DNA of 32,000 bases. Source: Candidatus Omnitrophota bacterium (lineage in GTDB: Bacteria > Omnitrophota > Gorgyraeia > Zapsychrales > JANLHA01). Numbering within the stretch: position 1 is the stretch's first letter; every line of letters begins with the position of its first letter. The translations under genes and the position numbers were made by a program. Location of the stretch: contig OY759724.1 of assembly GCA_963662715.1 (NCBI GenBank), positions 1,800,001-1,832,000 on the forward strand, read 5' to 3'. The notes beneath the pieces were generated by a model, which was not told where the DNA came from, ran no database searches, and worked only from the letters and a program-made list of their open reading frames with translations. This document shows positions 15,800 through 24,768 of the stretch, one piece after another.

Positions 15800-16384
15800 A
15801 TGATTGAAATAAATTTAGTACCACCGCAGTTTAAAAAGAAAAAGAAAAGCCGCCAAGTCAGCGAGTCGGCATCGAGCCCTTCTAAGAATAATATCATTGG
15901 GTTTGCCAGCCTTTTTATCGTTTTTCTGGCTATTGTCGCCGGAGCCTTGCAATTTATCATTTCGCAGAAATTAGCCCAGCGGAAAAAGTTGATGTCAGAA
16001 CTGGCAGAATTGGTCCCGCAGAAGATAAATACCGACAGATATGTCGGACAGATCAAGGATATTAATAAAAGATTAGAGCCGCTGGAAGAGATCCTGGGAC
16101 AGAAGGATATTATGTGGTCGAAAAAATTGCATGCTGTCAGTGAAAGCTTGCCTCGGGGTGTATGGCTGACCAAAATGCATCTGGACGAGGATGTTTTGCT
16201 TATTAACGGCAGTGCGGTATCGAAAGTCCAGACCGAAATGATCAGCGTGCATAGTTTTAATACAAGCTTAAAAAATAATGAGGATTTTATGGCGGATTTC
16301 AAGGAAATCGAACTCGAATATATCAAAAGCAGAACGATTAACGGAACCCCTGTCGCGGACTTCACGATCAGGGTTGATTTGTAG
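15800..16384 (+). CDS. pilN: type IV pilus assembly protein PilN
   Basis: N-terminal IEINLVPPQ motif (the PilM-binding INLLP type), a basic stretch, a single TM helix, then a periplasmic coiled-coil and ferredoxin-like region. Position fits. Confidence 0.85.
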   Translation: MIEINLVPPQFKKKKKSRQVSESASSPSKNNIIGFASLFIVFLAIVAGALQFIISQKLAQRKKLMSELAELVPQKINTDRYVGQIKDINKRLEPLEEILGQKDIMWSKKLHAVSESLPRGVWLTKMHLDEDVLLINGSAVSKVQTEMISVHSFNTSLKNNEDFMADFKEIELEYIKSRTINGTPVADFTIRVDL

Positions 16385-16409
16385 CCTCCGGGCAGAAAGA
16401 GGTTGATCC

Positions 16410-17015
16410 ATGGGTGGCATGACAGGACAGATGGGATCAGTTGTTAATAAGATGAACGAAAAGAATCCCTTTATGGTGATTGCGGGGGTCTTTACCGTGA
16501 TCCTTGTTGTTTTTTATCTGTTCCCCCTGCAGTTTCAGATCAAGACGCTGCAGACCGTCAACCCTAAAATCGAGGAACTCACAAATGACGTCACGGAGAC
16601 GAAGAATAATATTCTTCGTGTCAATCAGTATAAGAAGGAAGTCGCTAATCTGGAAAGCAAATACGAAAATTTGCAGCGAAGAATTAAGCAAAAGGAAGAC
16701 ATCCCGTTTTTATTGGAAAATATCTCCAGAATTGCGGATAAACACGGCGTGAGGATTGAACAAATTATGCCGCAAACAGCGATTGATGAACCTCTCCTGG
16801 AAAATGATGAGGGAAAATATTTCTCCATACCGATCATCATTGAGGCGCAAAGCGGTTTCCATAATTTTGGTATGTTTCTTAATCAGCTGGAACGGGAGGG
16901 GGTTTTTTTGCGGCTGACGGATTATTCGATTCAGACGGGTATCGATGACCCTCATCTGTGTTTGATTAACTTGTCCATTGAACTCGTTGTCTTTGAAGAT
17001 GGGGGCAAGGGATGA
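16410..17015 (+). CDS. pilO: type IV pilus assembly protein PilO
   Basis: Single N-terminal TM helix, coiled coil, and a PilO-like C-terminal domain. AAAGAGG lies 7 nt upstream. Size and position after pilN fit. Confidence 0.8.
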   Translation: MGGMTGQMGSVVNKMNEKNPFMVIAGVFTVILVVFYLFPLQFQIKTLQTVNPKIEELTNDVTETKNNILRVNQYKKEVANLESKYENLQRRIKQKEDIPFLLENISRIADKHGVRIEQIMPQTAIDEPLLENDEGKYFSIPIIIEAQSGFHNFGMFLNQLEREGVFLRLTDYSIQTGIDDPHLCLINLSIELVVFEDGGKG

Positions 17016-17395
17016 AAACTATGACGATCATGCGGGTTTTTATCTGTACTTTGATTCTCTGGGGCTACCGGGGGCCTGGGCTTCAAGCCGAAGAGGCTAT
17101 GGAAGAGGAGCCGGAGTTTATTTATGCCCCTAATGACAAAAGGGACCCTTTTTGGCCTTTGGTCAATTCCAAGGGGATGATTATCAGCTTTGAAAAAGAT
17201 TTGCTGGTAACGGATTTGATGCTGGAAGGAATATTTGTCGGTGAGGCAGGGAAGAACGTGGCTATCATTAACGGAAAAATTCTGCAGAAAAACGAATCAA
17301 TCGGTGTATTCACCGTTAAAGATATAAAGGAAAATCGGGTAACATTACAAAAAGGTCAAGAACGAGTCATACTAAAACTCAAAAAGGAGGATTGA
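17012..17395 (+). CDS. pilP: PilP-like periplasmic pilus assembly protein
   Basis: ATGA overlap with pilO. Signal peptide, an RDPFWPL motif (PilP-type DPF), and a small beta-rich C-terminus (VAIINGKIL..GV..VKDI). No canonical lipobox seen. Confidence 0.7.
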   Translation: MKTMTIMRVFICTLILWGYRGPGLQAEEAMEEEPEFIYAPNDKRDPFWPLVNSKGMIISFEKDLLVTDLMLEGIFVGEAGKNVAIINGKILQKNESIGVFTVKDIKENRVTLQKGQERVILKLKKED

Positions 17396-17396
17396 C

Positions 17397-18725
17397 ATGT
17401 TTAGGAAATGGGTAACACTGGTTATTTTTTTGGCCTTGATGATGACTCCTGCCTATGCACAAGAAAGCACCACGGCTGGTCAGCCTGGCTCGCAAGATAG
17501 TTTGTCTTTCTCCGACGAAGGGCATGTGAGCCTGGATTTTAGGGATGCAGATATCCAGAACGTGTTGCGTATCCTTTCTTATAAGAGTGGAGTCAACATC
17601 GTGGCAGGTCCGGAAGTGACAGGATTAATCACGATCAAACTGCAGGATGTCCCTTGGCAGAAAGCCTTGCAGGTTGTTTTGGAAACCTACGGCTATGCCT
17701 ATGAACAGCGGGGCAATATTATCACGGTCACAACGATTGAGAATCTTAAGAAAAGGCGGGAGGACGCGAAAGCATTGGCTGAGCAGGAACCGTTAATCAC
17801 GAAAACGTTTGTTCTGAATTATGCGAAAGCCACGGAAGTCATCGGCTCTGTTGCCAAGATGAAGACGGACCGGGGCAGCGTTAATCATGATGAGCGGACC
17901 AACGCCATTATTGTGCGGGATATCCCGGAGAACCTTGAGTTGATCGCAGAAGTGATTTCAAAACTGGATGAGACAACACCCCAGGTGCTGATCGAGGCCA
18001 AAATTGTTGAGACAACATTGAGCAACAGCGATAAATTAGGTATTGACTGGGTCGCCCAGGCTTCCATTACCGGGTCGGCCCGGCCGCATATCTGGCCTTT
18101 TTCAAACTCGACGGAAAATAAATATATGAAGGATGATAATTTCCCGTCAGCTTCCGAATCCGACTTCACCTTCGGGACTTTGAGTTTCGCCGAGGCGCAG
18201 GCGGTTTTTGAAGTGTTGTCATCTCGTTCTGATACGAATATTCTGTCAAACCCGCGTATCGTAACGCTGGATAACAAAACAGCAAAAATCACCGTGGGGA
18301 GCCAGTATCCGATCCCGGAGTACAACTACAATGAGGAACAGGCCACATTGCAGGTCAGCGGCTGGGAGTATAAAGACATCGGTATTATTTTTGAAGTTAC
18401 GCCGCATGTGAATAACACCGGCCATGTGACCCTGGATATTAATCCGAAGATTACGGCCATCCTGGATTATGTCACGGTAGAAAACACGTCGCTTCCTCAA
18501 TTGAGTGCCGAAGAGGCTCAGACGAGTGTTATGATAAAAGACGGTGAGACTCTTGTTATCGCGGGCTTGATCAAAGACCAGGTCTCCGACGTCGTAAGGA
18601 AAATCCCGTTATTAGGAGATATCCCGCTTCTGGGACAACTGTTTCGTAAAAACGAAAAGACAACGACGAAAACAGATCTTCTGATTTTCCTGACGCCGCA
18701 TATTATTACGGATGAACAGGAATAG
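17397..18725 (+). CDS. pilQ: type IV pilus secretin PilQ (compact, no AMIN domains)
   Basis: Signal peptide ending PAYA|QES. N0/STN-like domain (VSLDFRDADIQNVLRIL...DVPWQKALQVVL). Secretin core (NPRIVTLDNKTAKITVG, KIPLLGDIPLLGQLFR). AAGGAGG RBS. Confidence 0.9.
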   Translation: MFRKWVTLVIFLALMMTPAYAQESTTAGQPGSQDSLSFSDEGHVSLDFRDADIQNVLRILSYKSGVNIVAGPEVTGLITIKLQDVPWQKALQVVLETYGYAYEQRGNIITVTTIENLKKRREDAKALAEQEPLITKTFVLNYAKATEVIGSVAKMKTDRGSVNHDERTNAIIVRDIPENLELIAEVISKLDETTPQVLIEAKIVETTLSNSDKLGIDWVAQASITGSARPHIWPFSNSTENKYMKDDNFPSASESDFTFGTLSFAEAQAVFEVLSSRSDTNILSNPRIVTLDNKTAKITVGSQYPIPEYNYNEEQATLQVSGWEYKDIGIIFEVTPHVNNTGHVTLDINPKITAILDYVTVENTSLPQLSAEEAQTSVMIKDGETLVIAGLIKDQVSDVVRKIPLLGDIPLLGQLFRKNEKTTTKTDLLIFLTPHIITDEQE

Positions 18726-18853
18726 CCGTCTTTTTTCGGTGTAACGTATTGAAAAAAAGAAGATTATGAGCCTCTGCCTCCAGTTGGGATTGTCACAGCT
18801 AGGGGGCAGAGGTGTCCTTTTAGATTAGAATATTGTGAGGAATAGGAGGTATT

Positions 18854-20152
18854 GTGTCGAGAGAGATTTTGATTCAGATCGGGACGGGCGAGACCCGGGT
18901 GGCGATCATTGATGAAGGAAAGCTGGATGATTTTTATATTGAGAAAGTGAATGATCAATCCATATTAGGCAATATTTATAAAGGGAGGGTGGAGTCTATC
19001 CTTCCGTCTATTAATGGAGCTTTTGTGAACATCGGACAGGCGAAGAACGGTTTTCTTTACTTGACGGATGCGATCAATCCTCTGCTGGAAGAGGATCTGA
19101 ACGGCCCGAGGAAACTGTTGCAAAGAATTCTGAAGCGCAAAAAGAAAACACTGGCCAAGCAGAGCACATCCCCGCAACCCCTTAAAGAAGGGCAGGAGAT
19201 CCTTGTTCAGGTTGTTAAGGATCCTTTTAGCAATAAGGGGGCCCGCTTAACAACGCATATTTCCCTGGCGGGCCGGTTTATTGTTTATATGCCGTTTGAC
19301 AAGCATAATGGTGTTTCAAAAAAGATTATTCACGCGGAGGAACGGCAGCGCCTGAAGGATGTTTTGAAAAGTTTTACTTTTGCGCGGCAGGGGGGATTTA
19401 TCGTCCGGACTGTTTCTTACGAGCAGGGCAAGAGAGAGCTGTTGCGGGATGCCAAGTTTTTATATAAAATTTGGCAGCAGATCGCCAAATTGTCGGAAAA
19501 TAAAAAAGCCCCGGCTCTCATTTATAAAGAATTTGATCTTATCTGGAAAGTGGTGCGGGATTATCTGAACTCCCGAATTGATAAAGTGATTATCGATTCG
19601 CCGGAGGACTTCGCGAAGCTCAAAAGATTTGTGCAGAATCTGATCGGGAAAGAGGAAGTCCGTAAAATTCATCTTTACCGGGGGACAACGCCTCTCTTTG
19701 AATCCAAAGGGGTTTCCAAAGAGCTGGATAAAATATATAATCCCAAGGTGCATTTGAAATCAGGCGCGTATATTGTCATCGAACCCACGGAAGGTCTGAT
19801 TGTGGTTGATGTCAACAGCGGAAGGTTTAAGACCAAAGCATCTCCGGAAGAGGCGGCTTTCATGGTCAATATGGAAGCTGCTCCGGAAATAGCCCGTCAG
19901 CTGCGTTTAAGGGATTTGGGCGGCATTATTGTTATTGATTTTATAGACATGTCCCGGGAAATGCATAAACGTAAAGTGCTGGAAGCTTTGCAGGTCGCTT
20001 TAAAGAAAGATCATGCGAAATCAGAAGTTAACCGGATTTCTTCTTTGGGATTAGTGGAGATGACCCGGGCGCGTACCGGTAAAGCCTTGGAATCCATAGC
20101 TTTTGGAGTGTGCCCGTATTGTGAAGGCCGGGGCCGGGTTAAGATCAGTTGA
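18854..20152 (+). CDS. rng: ribonuclease G/E family endoribonuclease
   Basis: GTG start with AGGAGG 5 nt upstream. S1 domain (GNIYKGRVESILPSINGAFVNIG), DNase I-like catalytic region (VVDVNSG, IIVIDFIDM), and a C-terminal CPYCEGRG Zn-link-like motif. At 432 aa it is shorter than E. coli RNase G. Confidence 0.85.
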   Translation: MSREILIQIGTGETRVAIIDEGKLDDFYIEKVNDQSILGNIYKGRVESILPSINGAFVNIGQAKNGFLYLTDAINPLLEEDLNGPRKLLQRILKRKKKTLAKQSTSPQPLKEGQEILVQVVKDPFSNKGARLTTHISLAGRFIVYMPFDKHNGVSKKIIHAEERQRLKDVLKSFTFARQGGFIVRTVSYEQGKRELLRDAKFLYKIWQQIAKLSENKKAPALIYKEFDLIWKVVRDYLNSRIDKVIIDSPEDFAKLKRFVQNLIGKEEVRKIHLYRGTTPLFESKGVSKELDKIYNPKVHLKSGAYIVIEPTEGLIVVDVNSGRFKTKASPEEAAFMVNMEAAPEIARQLRLRDLGGIIVIDFIDMSREMHKRKVLEALQVALKKDHAKSEVNRISSLGLVEMTRARTGKALESIAFGVCPYCEGRGRVKIS

Positions 20153-20180
20153 TTTTGGGAACCGGTAGAATGAGATGTCT

Positions 20181-20221
20181 TTATAGCCCAGCAGAGAACG
20201 GCTGAAATCGCTGGGCTATAA
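20181..20221 (+). terminator. 12-bp hairpin downstream of rng (terminator-like, no T-tract)
   Basis: TTATAGCCCAGC (20181-20192) pairs perfectly with GCTGGGCTATAA (20210-20221) around a 17-nt loop. AAATTTGTT follows rather than a U-run. Confidence 0.35.
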
Positions 20222-20228
20222 AAATTTG

Positions 20229-20256
20229 TTGACATTTTTGAATAATACGCTTTAAT
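20229..20256 (+). promoter_or_regulatory. candidate promoter for rplU (TTGACA-16-TTTAAT)
   Basis: TTGACA at 20229-20234 and TTTAAT at 20251-20256, in an AT-rich region about 60 nt upstream of rplU. Confidence 0.4.
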
Positions 20257-20315
20257 TAATTACTTAAAAAAATATTAATATTTTTAAAAAATAGGATACT
20301 GAAGGAGGTTGAAGG

Positions 20316-20630
20316 ATGTTTGCTATTGTGAAGCTTGGGTCAGCCCAGTACAAAGTCAGCGAGGGGGATGTGATTCATCCCAACCGGTTAAAAGGAGAAA
20401 AGGGGGATGAGGTAACGCTTGATCATGTCCTGCTTTTTGCAGACGGCGCTAATGTGCAGATCGGCCGTCCTTATTTGGAGAACATCAAGGTCCAGGCGAA
20501 GGTCGTTGATCATGGTGCCGGGGATAAAGTTGTCGCATACAAGTACCGGTTGCGAAAAAGCTCAGCTGTTAAGAAAGGCCATCGGCAGAAATTAACGGCG
20601 CTGAGTATCAATAAAATAACAGTTCAGTAG
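20316..20630 (+). CDS. rplU: 50S ribosomal protein L21
   Basis: MFAIVKLGSAQYKVSEGD... is the typical L21 N-terminus. 104 aa. GAAGGAGG RBS. Confidence 0.95.
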   Translation: MFAIVKLGSAQYKVSEGDVIHPNRLKGEKGDEVTLDHVLLFADGANVQIGRPYLENIKVQAKVVDHGAGDKVVAYKYRLRKSSAVKKGHRQKLTALSINKITVQ

Positions 20631-20683
20631 ATTTTTTCGCTTGAAAAGAGATTCTAGATTGTAGGCATAGGAAGACATCGTTT

Positions 20684-21664
20684 ATGGCATTTGTTGATGA
20701 AGCAAGGATTTTTGTTAAGGCCGGAGACGGCGGTAAAGGTTGCGAAAGTTTTTATCGGGATAAATATATGCGGCGCGCCAGGCCGGACGGCGGAGACGGC
20801 GGCAAGGGCGGTGATGTTGTTTTTCAGACTGACCGGTGCATCCAGACATTATTAGATTACCGTTATAAACAGCATTATAAAGCCCGCAGCGGCGGGCATG
20901 GCAGCAGTAAAGGGAAAAAGGGCAAGACAGGGGCCGATTGTGTTTTGAAGATCCCCTTGGGCACAATCGTCCGGGACCACGACACAGGTTTGCTCATAAA
21001 GGATCTCACCGAGGAAGGGCAGTCGGTTGTTGTCGCTCAGGGCGGAGTCGGCGGCCGGGGAAACATCAATAACCGGACCCCCTTACCGCCGGGCCCCGGG
21101 GAAACCCGGACCATCCATTTGGAATTGAAGCTTATTGCTGACGTCGGAATCATCGGGTTCCCCAATGCCGGGAAATCGACATTCATTACGGCCATCTCGA
21201 AAGTCAAGTCAAAGATTGCCGGATACCCTTTTACAACCAAAGCTCCCATTCTCGGCGTTGTGATAGGCGAGTACGGCCCGGACTTTATTGTCGCCGATTT
21301 GCCGGGGTTGATTGAAGGGGCCCACACGGGCCGGGGCCTGGGTGACCGGTTCCTGAAGCATGCGGAGCGGACGAAAATTCTGTTGCACATGCTGGACATG
21401 GCCGCCACGGAGGGGCGGGACCCCTTTGAAGATTATGAGAAAATCAACCGGGAATTAATGGCGTATAGCGACCAGTTGTCTTTTAAGACAAAGATCGTTG
21501 TGGCCAATAAGATGGATCTCCCTTCGGCGGAATCGTATTTAAGAGATTTTCAAAAACGGTATCCCGGGGTTCCCGTTTATCCTGTTTCCGCCTTGAACCG
21601 GGAAGGCGTAGACGCCGTCCTGGAGCAGATTAGAAGAGATTTGAACAAGTCAACCGTAATATAA
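20684..21664 (+). CDS. obg: GTPase Obg/CgtA (Obg fold plus G domain, no C-terminal extension)
   Basis: MAFVDEARIFVKAGDGGKGCESF and the glycine-rich Obg fold. G1 GFPNAGKST, G3 DLPGLIEGA, G4 NKMD. Confidence 0.95.
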   Translation: MAFVDEARIFVKAGDGGKGCESFYRDKYMRRARPDGGDGGKGGDVVFQTDRCIQTLLDYRYKQHYKARSGGHGSSKGKKGKTGADCVLKIPLGTIVRDHDTGLLIKDLTEEGQSVVVAQGGVGGRGNINNRTPLPPGPGETRTIHLELKLIADVGIIGFPNAGKSTFITAISKVKSKIAGYPFTTKAPILGVVIGEYGPDFIVADLPGLIEGAHTGRGLGDRFLKHAERTKILLHMLDMAATEGRDPFEDYEKINRELMAYSDQLSFKTKIVVANKMDLPSAESYLRDFQKRYPGVPVYPVSALNREGVDAVLEQIRRDLNKSTVI

Positions 21665-21673
21665 CCACTGTCC

Positions 21674-22780
21674 ATGCCGAGAAAATTTCCCAGACAAATC
21701 AAACGCATCGTTATGAAAGTCGGTTCCAGCATTATCGCTTCTTACCGGATGAAACCCCGAACAGCCCTTCTTCGTTCTCTGGTGGCCCAGATCAGGGCCT
21801 TACAGCAGCAGAGTATAGAGGTTATTCTTGTCAGTTCCGGGGCCATCGTCCTGGGGATGGGTGAACAGAATTTGAAATACCGCCCCGGGGATGTCGCTTC
21901 TTTACAGGCTTTGGCTGCTATCGGTCAGATGGTTCTTATGCGGACGTATGCGGATTTGTTCAAGCCGAAGAAGATGACCTGCGCGCAGGTTCTGTTAACC
22001 TGGGATGATTTCTCCGACCGGACTCGTTTCAACTGCGCCCGGAACACGCTGGAAACGATCATTGAGCAAGGCGTTATCCCTATTATTAATGAAAATGACA
22101 CGATTTCGACGGAAGAGATTAAGTTCGGCGACAATGATAAACTTTCTGCTCTGGTTGCCAGCATGCTTCATGCGGATCTTCTCGTGATTTTGTCTGACGT
22201 CGAAGGCCTGTATGATCTTAAAAGCGGCCGCAAAAAAGTCTTTCGGGAAATCAAGGATATTACAGAAGATATTGAAGGCCTCGCGTCCGGCACGGCGAAC
22301 AAACATATGTCCAAGGGGGGGATGTCCGCCAAGTTGCAGGCCGTACAGATTGCGACGCATGCGAACGTCCCCTGTGTTATCGCCAACGGCCGTACGAAAA
22401 ACGTTTTGCCGCGTATCTGCCAGGGGGAGAGGATCGGGACATTATTCGTGGAGAAAGAAAATAAACTTTTGGCCCGGAAGCATTGGATATCTTTCGGCGC
22501 CAAGGCCAAAGGAACGCTGTTTGTGGACGAAGGAGCGCAAAAGGCTCTGTTGCAGGGCGGGAAGAGCCTGCTGCTTCCGGGGATTGTCAAAAGCGAGGGG
22601 CATTTCAAAGTTCAGGATGTCGTTATTATTTGCGGAAAAGGACAGCAGGAGATTGCCCGGGGGATCACCAATTATTCGGCGGCGGAATTGCATAAAATTC
22701 TGCACAGCGCCAGCGGGGAAACGAAACGGGGGCAGCGGGAAGTCGTCCACTGTGATAACCTCGTCTTATGTCAGCGGTAG
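21674..22780 (+). CDS. proB: glutamate 5-kinase (with C-terminal PUA domain)
   Basis: RIVMKVGSS, VSSGAI, INENDT, FGDNDKLSA motifs, plus a PUA-like C-terminus (GTLFVDEGA...GI). Followed by proA. Confidence 0.95.
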   Translation: MPRKFPRQIKRIVMKVGSSIIASYRMKPRTALLRSLVAQIRALQQQSIEVILVSSGAIVLGMGEQNLKYRPGDVASLQALAAIGQMVLMRTYADLFKPKKMTCAQVLLTWDDFSDRTRFNCARNTLETIIEQGVIPIINENDTISTEEIKFGDNDKLSALVASMLHADLLVILSDVEGLYDLKSGRKKVFREIKDITEDIEGLASGTANKHMSKGGMSAKLQAVQIATHANVPCVIANGRTKNVLPRICQGERIGTLFVEKENKLLARKHWISFGAKAKGTLFVDEGAQKALLQGGKSLLLPGIVKSEGHFKVQDVVIICGKGQQEIARGITNYSAAELHKILHSASGETKRGQREVVHCDNLVLCQR

Positions 22781-22892
22781 TCCGTGTTCTCCTGCCAGCC
22801 TTTTGTCCGGGAAGGATTTTCGTGGAATTCAAGCAAGCCGTTGTATACGATTTTAGAGGTAAAACTATAAAAGGACAAGCAGAGGTGAAAAT

Positions 22893-24149
22893 ATGACAGC
22901 CGAGAAACAGATCAGGAAGACAGCGGCAACGGCTAAATCCGCCGCCCGAGAACTGTCATTGTTGACTTCAGCGGAAAAGAATAAGGCGCTTAAGGTCATG
23001 GCGCAGGCCCTCGCACAGAACAAGGATTTCCTGGTTCAGCAGAACAAAAAAGACCTGGCCGCGGCCGCAAAAGCGAATTACCCGAGAGCCTTGGTCGACC
23101 GCTTGACTTTGAATGAGAAGCGTATTCAGGGTATGGTTGATTGTCTTAAAGATACGATGAAATTAAAAGACCCCTGCGGGGAAGTTCTGCAGGTCTTTAA
23201 GCGTCCGAACGGATTAAAAATCAAGAAAGTCAGAACACCGATAGGATTAATCGGGATTATCTATGAATCCCGTCCCAATGTTACGAGCGATTGTATCGGA
23301 CTTTGTTTGAAGTCCGGGAATGCCGTTATTTTAAAAGGAGGCAAAGAGGCTCTTCACTCCAACCAGGCTGTTTTTAAAGTGCTCCGGGACGCTTTGGGAC
23401 AGACCCGGATCCCTTCCAACGCTATTCAGATGATCGCTTCAACGGACAGGGGTTCTGTCCATGCGCTGCTGAAATGTCATGATACCGTGGACCTTATCAT
23501 CCCCCGGGGCGGGGAAGGGCTCATCCGTTTTGTCTCGGAACATTCTTTGATCCCCGTTATCAAGCATTATAAGGGCGTGTGCCATACGTATGTCTCGGAT
23601 AAGGCTGACCTGAAGAAGGCTCATCATATTTGTTTTAACGCCAAGGTTCAGCGTCCGGGTGTGTGCAATGCGATGGAAACGATGCTGGTCCATGAAGGCG
23701 TGGCGGCGCGGTTTCTTCCCGTTATGCTGGATGCTTTTATAAAAGCCGGGGTCGAAATCCGCGGATGTCCCCGGACGCGACGGATGGTTAAGGGGATCAA
23801 ACCCGCCAACCCGGAAGACTGGAGCGAAGAATACCTGGATATGATATTGTCTGTCAGGGTTGTGAAATCTCTTCAGGAGGCCATTGAACATATCAATACC
23901 TATGGCTCGCATCATTCCGATGCCATTATCTCGGAGGATAAAAAAGAATCGCAGTGTTTTACTCGCAGTGTTGATTCCGCCTGCGTTTATACGAATGCCT
24001 CAACCCGCTTCACCGATGGTTATGAATTCGGGTTCGGCGCGGAAATCGGCATCAGCACCGATAAACTGCATGCCCGCGGGCCGATGGCCCTGGAAGAGTT
24101 GACGACATATAAATTTATCATCGAAGGAACGGGCCAGATAAGAACTTGA
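22893..24149 (+). CDS. proA: gamma-glutamyl phosphate reductase
   Basis: Aldehyde dehydrogenase-type ProA motifs (IGIIYESRPNVT, ILKGGKEA, PGVCNAMETMLVH, NASTRFTDG). Confidence 0.95.
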   Translation: MTAEKQIRKTAATAKSAARELSLLTSAEKNKALKVMAQALAQNKDFLVQQNKKDLAAAAKANYPRALVDRLTLNEKRIQGMVDCLKDTMKLKDPCGEVLQVFKRPNGLKIKKVRTPIGLIGIIYESRPNVTSDCIGLCLKSGNAVILKGGKEALHSNQAVFKVLRDALGQTRIPSNAIQMIASTDRGSVHALLKCHDTVDLIIPRGGEGLIRFVSEHSLIPVIKHYKGVCHTYVSDKADLKKAHHICFNAKVQRPGVCNAMETMLVHEGVAARFLPVMLDAFIKAGVEIRGCPRTRRMVKGIKPANPEDWSEEYLDMILSVRVVKSLQEAIEHINTYGSHHSDAIISEDKKESQCFTRSVDSACVYTNASTRFTDGYEFGFGAEIGISTDKLHARGPMALEELTTYKFIIEGTGQIRT

Positions 24150-24155
24150 GGGGTT

Positions 24156-24767
24156 TTGAGCTTAATGCCACCTTTACGCATCGGTATATTCGGAGGGACA
24201 TTTAATCCCATTCATCTGGGGCATATGGCCATGGCGCAGAAGGCCATGGAGAAATGCCGCCTCAGTAAAGTGATTTTTGTCCCTACGGCTTTGCCTCCGC
24301 ATAAAAAGATTGCGCGATTGGCGTCAGCCAGGCATCGTTATCATATGGTGGCTTTAGCGATCAAGGGGAATCCGCGGTTTGAAATTTCCGATTACGAAAT
24401 TCAAAAAGGCGGCAAATCCTACACGATTGATACGGTCCGGCATTTTCAGCGTGCCTTGCCTCGCGGGGCAAAGGTGTTTTTCATTATCGGTGAAGACAAC
24501 CTTGCCGCGCTTGATACGTGGAAAAATATCGATGATATTCTGGAGATCGTAACTTTTATTGTTGTTAACCGGCCGGGATTTAAAAACAAACAAAAGAAGA
24601 TCCCTTTTCAGTCTGTCAACATGCCGGGTATGGATATTTCCTCGTCATATCTGCGCAGAGGGATCGTTCAGGGCAAGACAATAAAATATCTTGTGCCGGA
24701 GAATGTCTTAGAGTATATTGAAAAACATCAGTTGTATAATAATTGCGAAAAAAAACAGGGGGCATGA
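24156..24767 (+). CDS. nadD: nicotinate-nucleotide adenylyltransferase
   Basis: IGIFGGTFNPIHLGH (HxGH nucleotidyltransferase motif) and ISSSYLR. The start could be TTG 24156 or ATG 24165. The obg-proBA-nadD order is common. Confidence 0.9.
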   Translation: MSLMPPLRIGIFGGTFNPIHLGHMAMAQKAMEKCRLSKVIFVPTALPPHKKIARLASARHRYHMVALAIKGNPRFEISDYEIQKGGKSYTIDTVRHFQRALPRGAKVFFIIGEDNLAALDTWKNIDDILEIVTFIVVNRPGFKNKQKKIPFQSVNMPGMDISSSYLRRGIVQGKTIKYLVPENVLEYIEKHQLYNNCEKKQGA

Positions 24768-24768
24768 T

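Noticed and set aside
15793-16365. 190-aa minus-strand ORF
   Set aside because: It is antisense to pilN, which has the diagnostic INL(V)P N-terminus and fits the pilMNOPQ order.
18771-18812. Hairpin CCTCTGCC/GGCAGAGG after pilQ as a terminator
   Set aside because: The 8-bp stem has a 26-nt loop and only a weak TCCTTTT tail. That is too loose to call, so pilQ and rng may be co-transcribed or separated by another mechanism.
22212-22856. 214-aa + strand ORF in an alternative frame
   Set aside because: It overlaps the 3' two-thirds of proB out of frame. The composition is Arg/Cys/Ser/Pro-rich and non-protein-like. The proB frame has full glutamate-5-kinase and PUA motifs.
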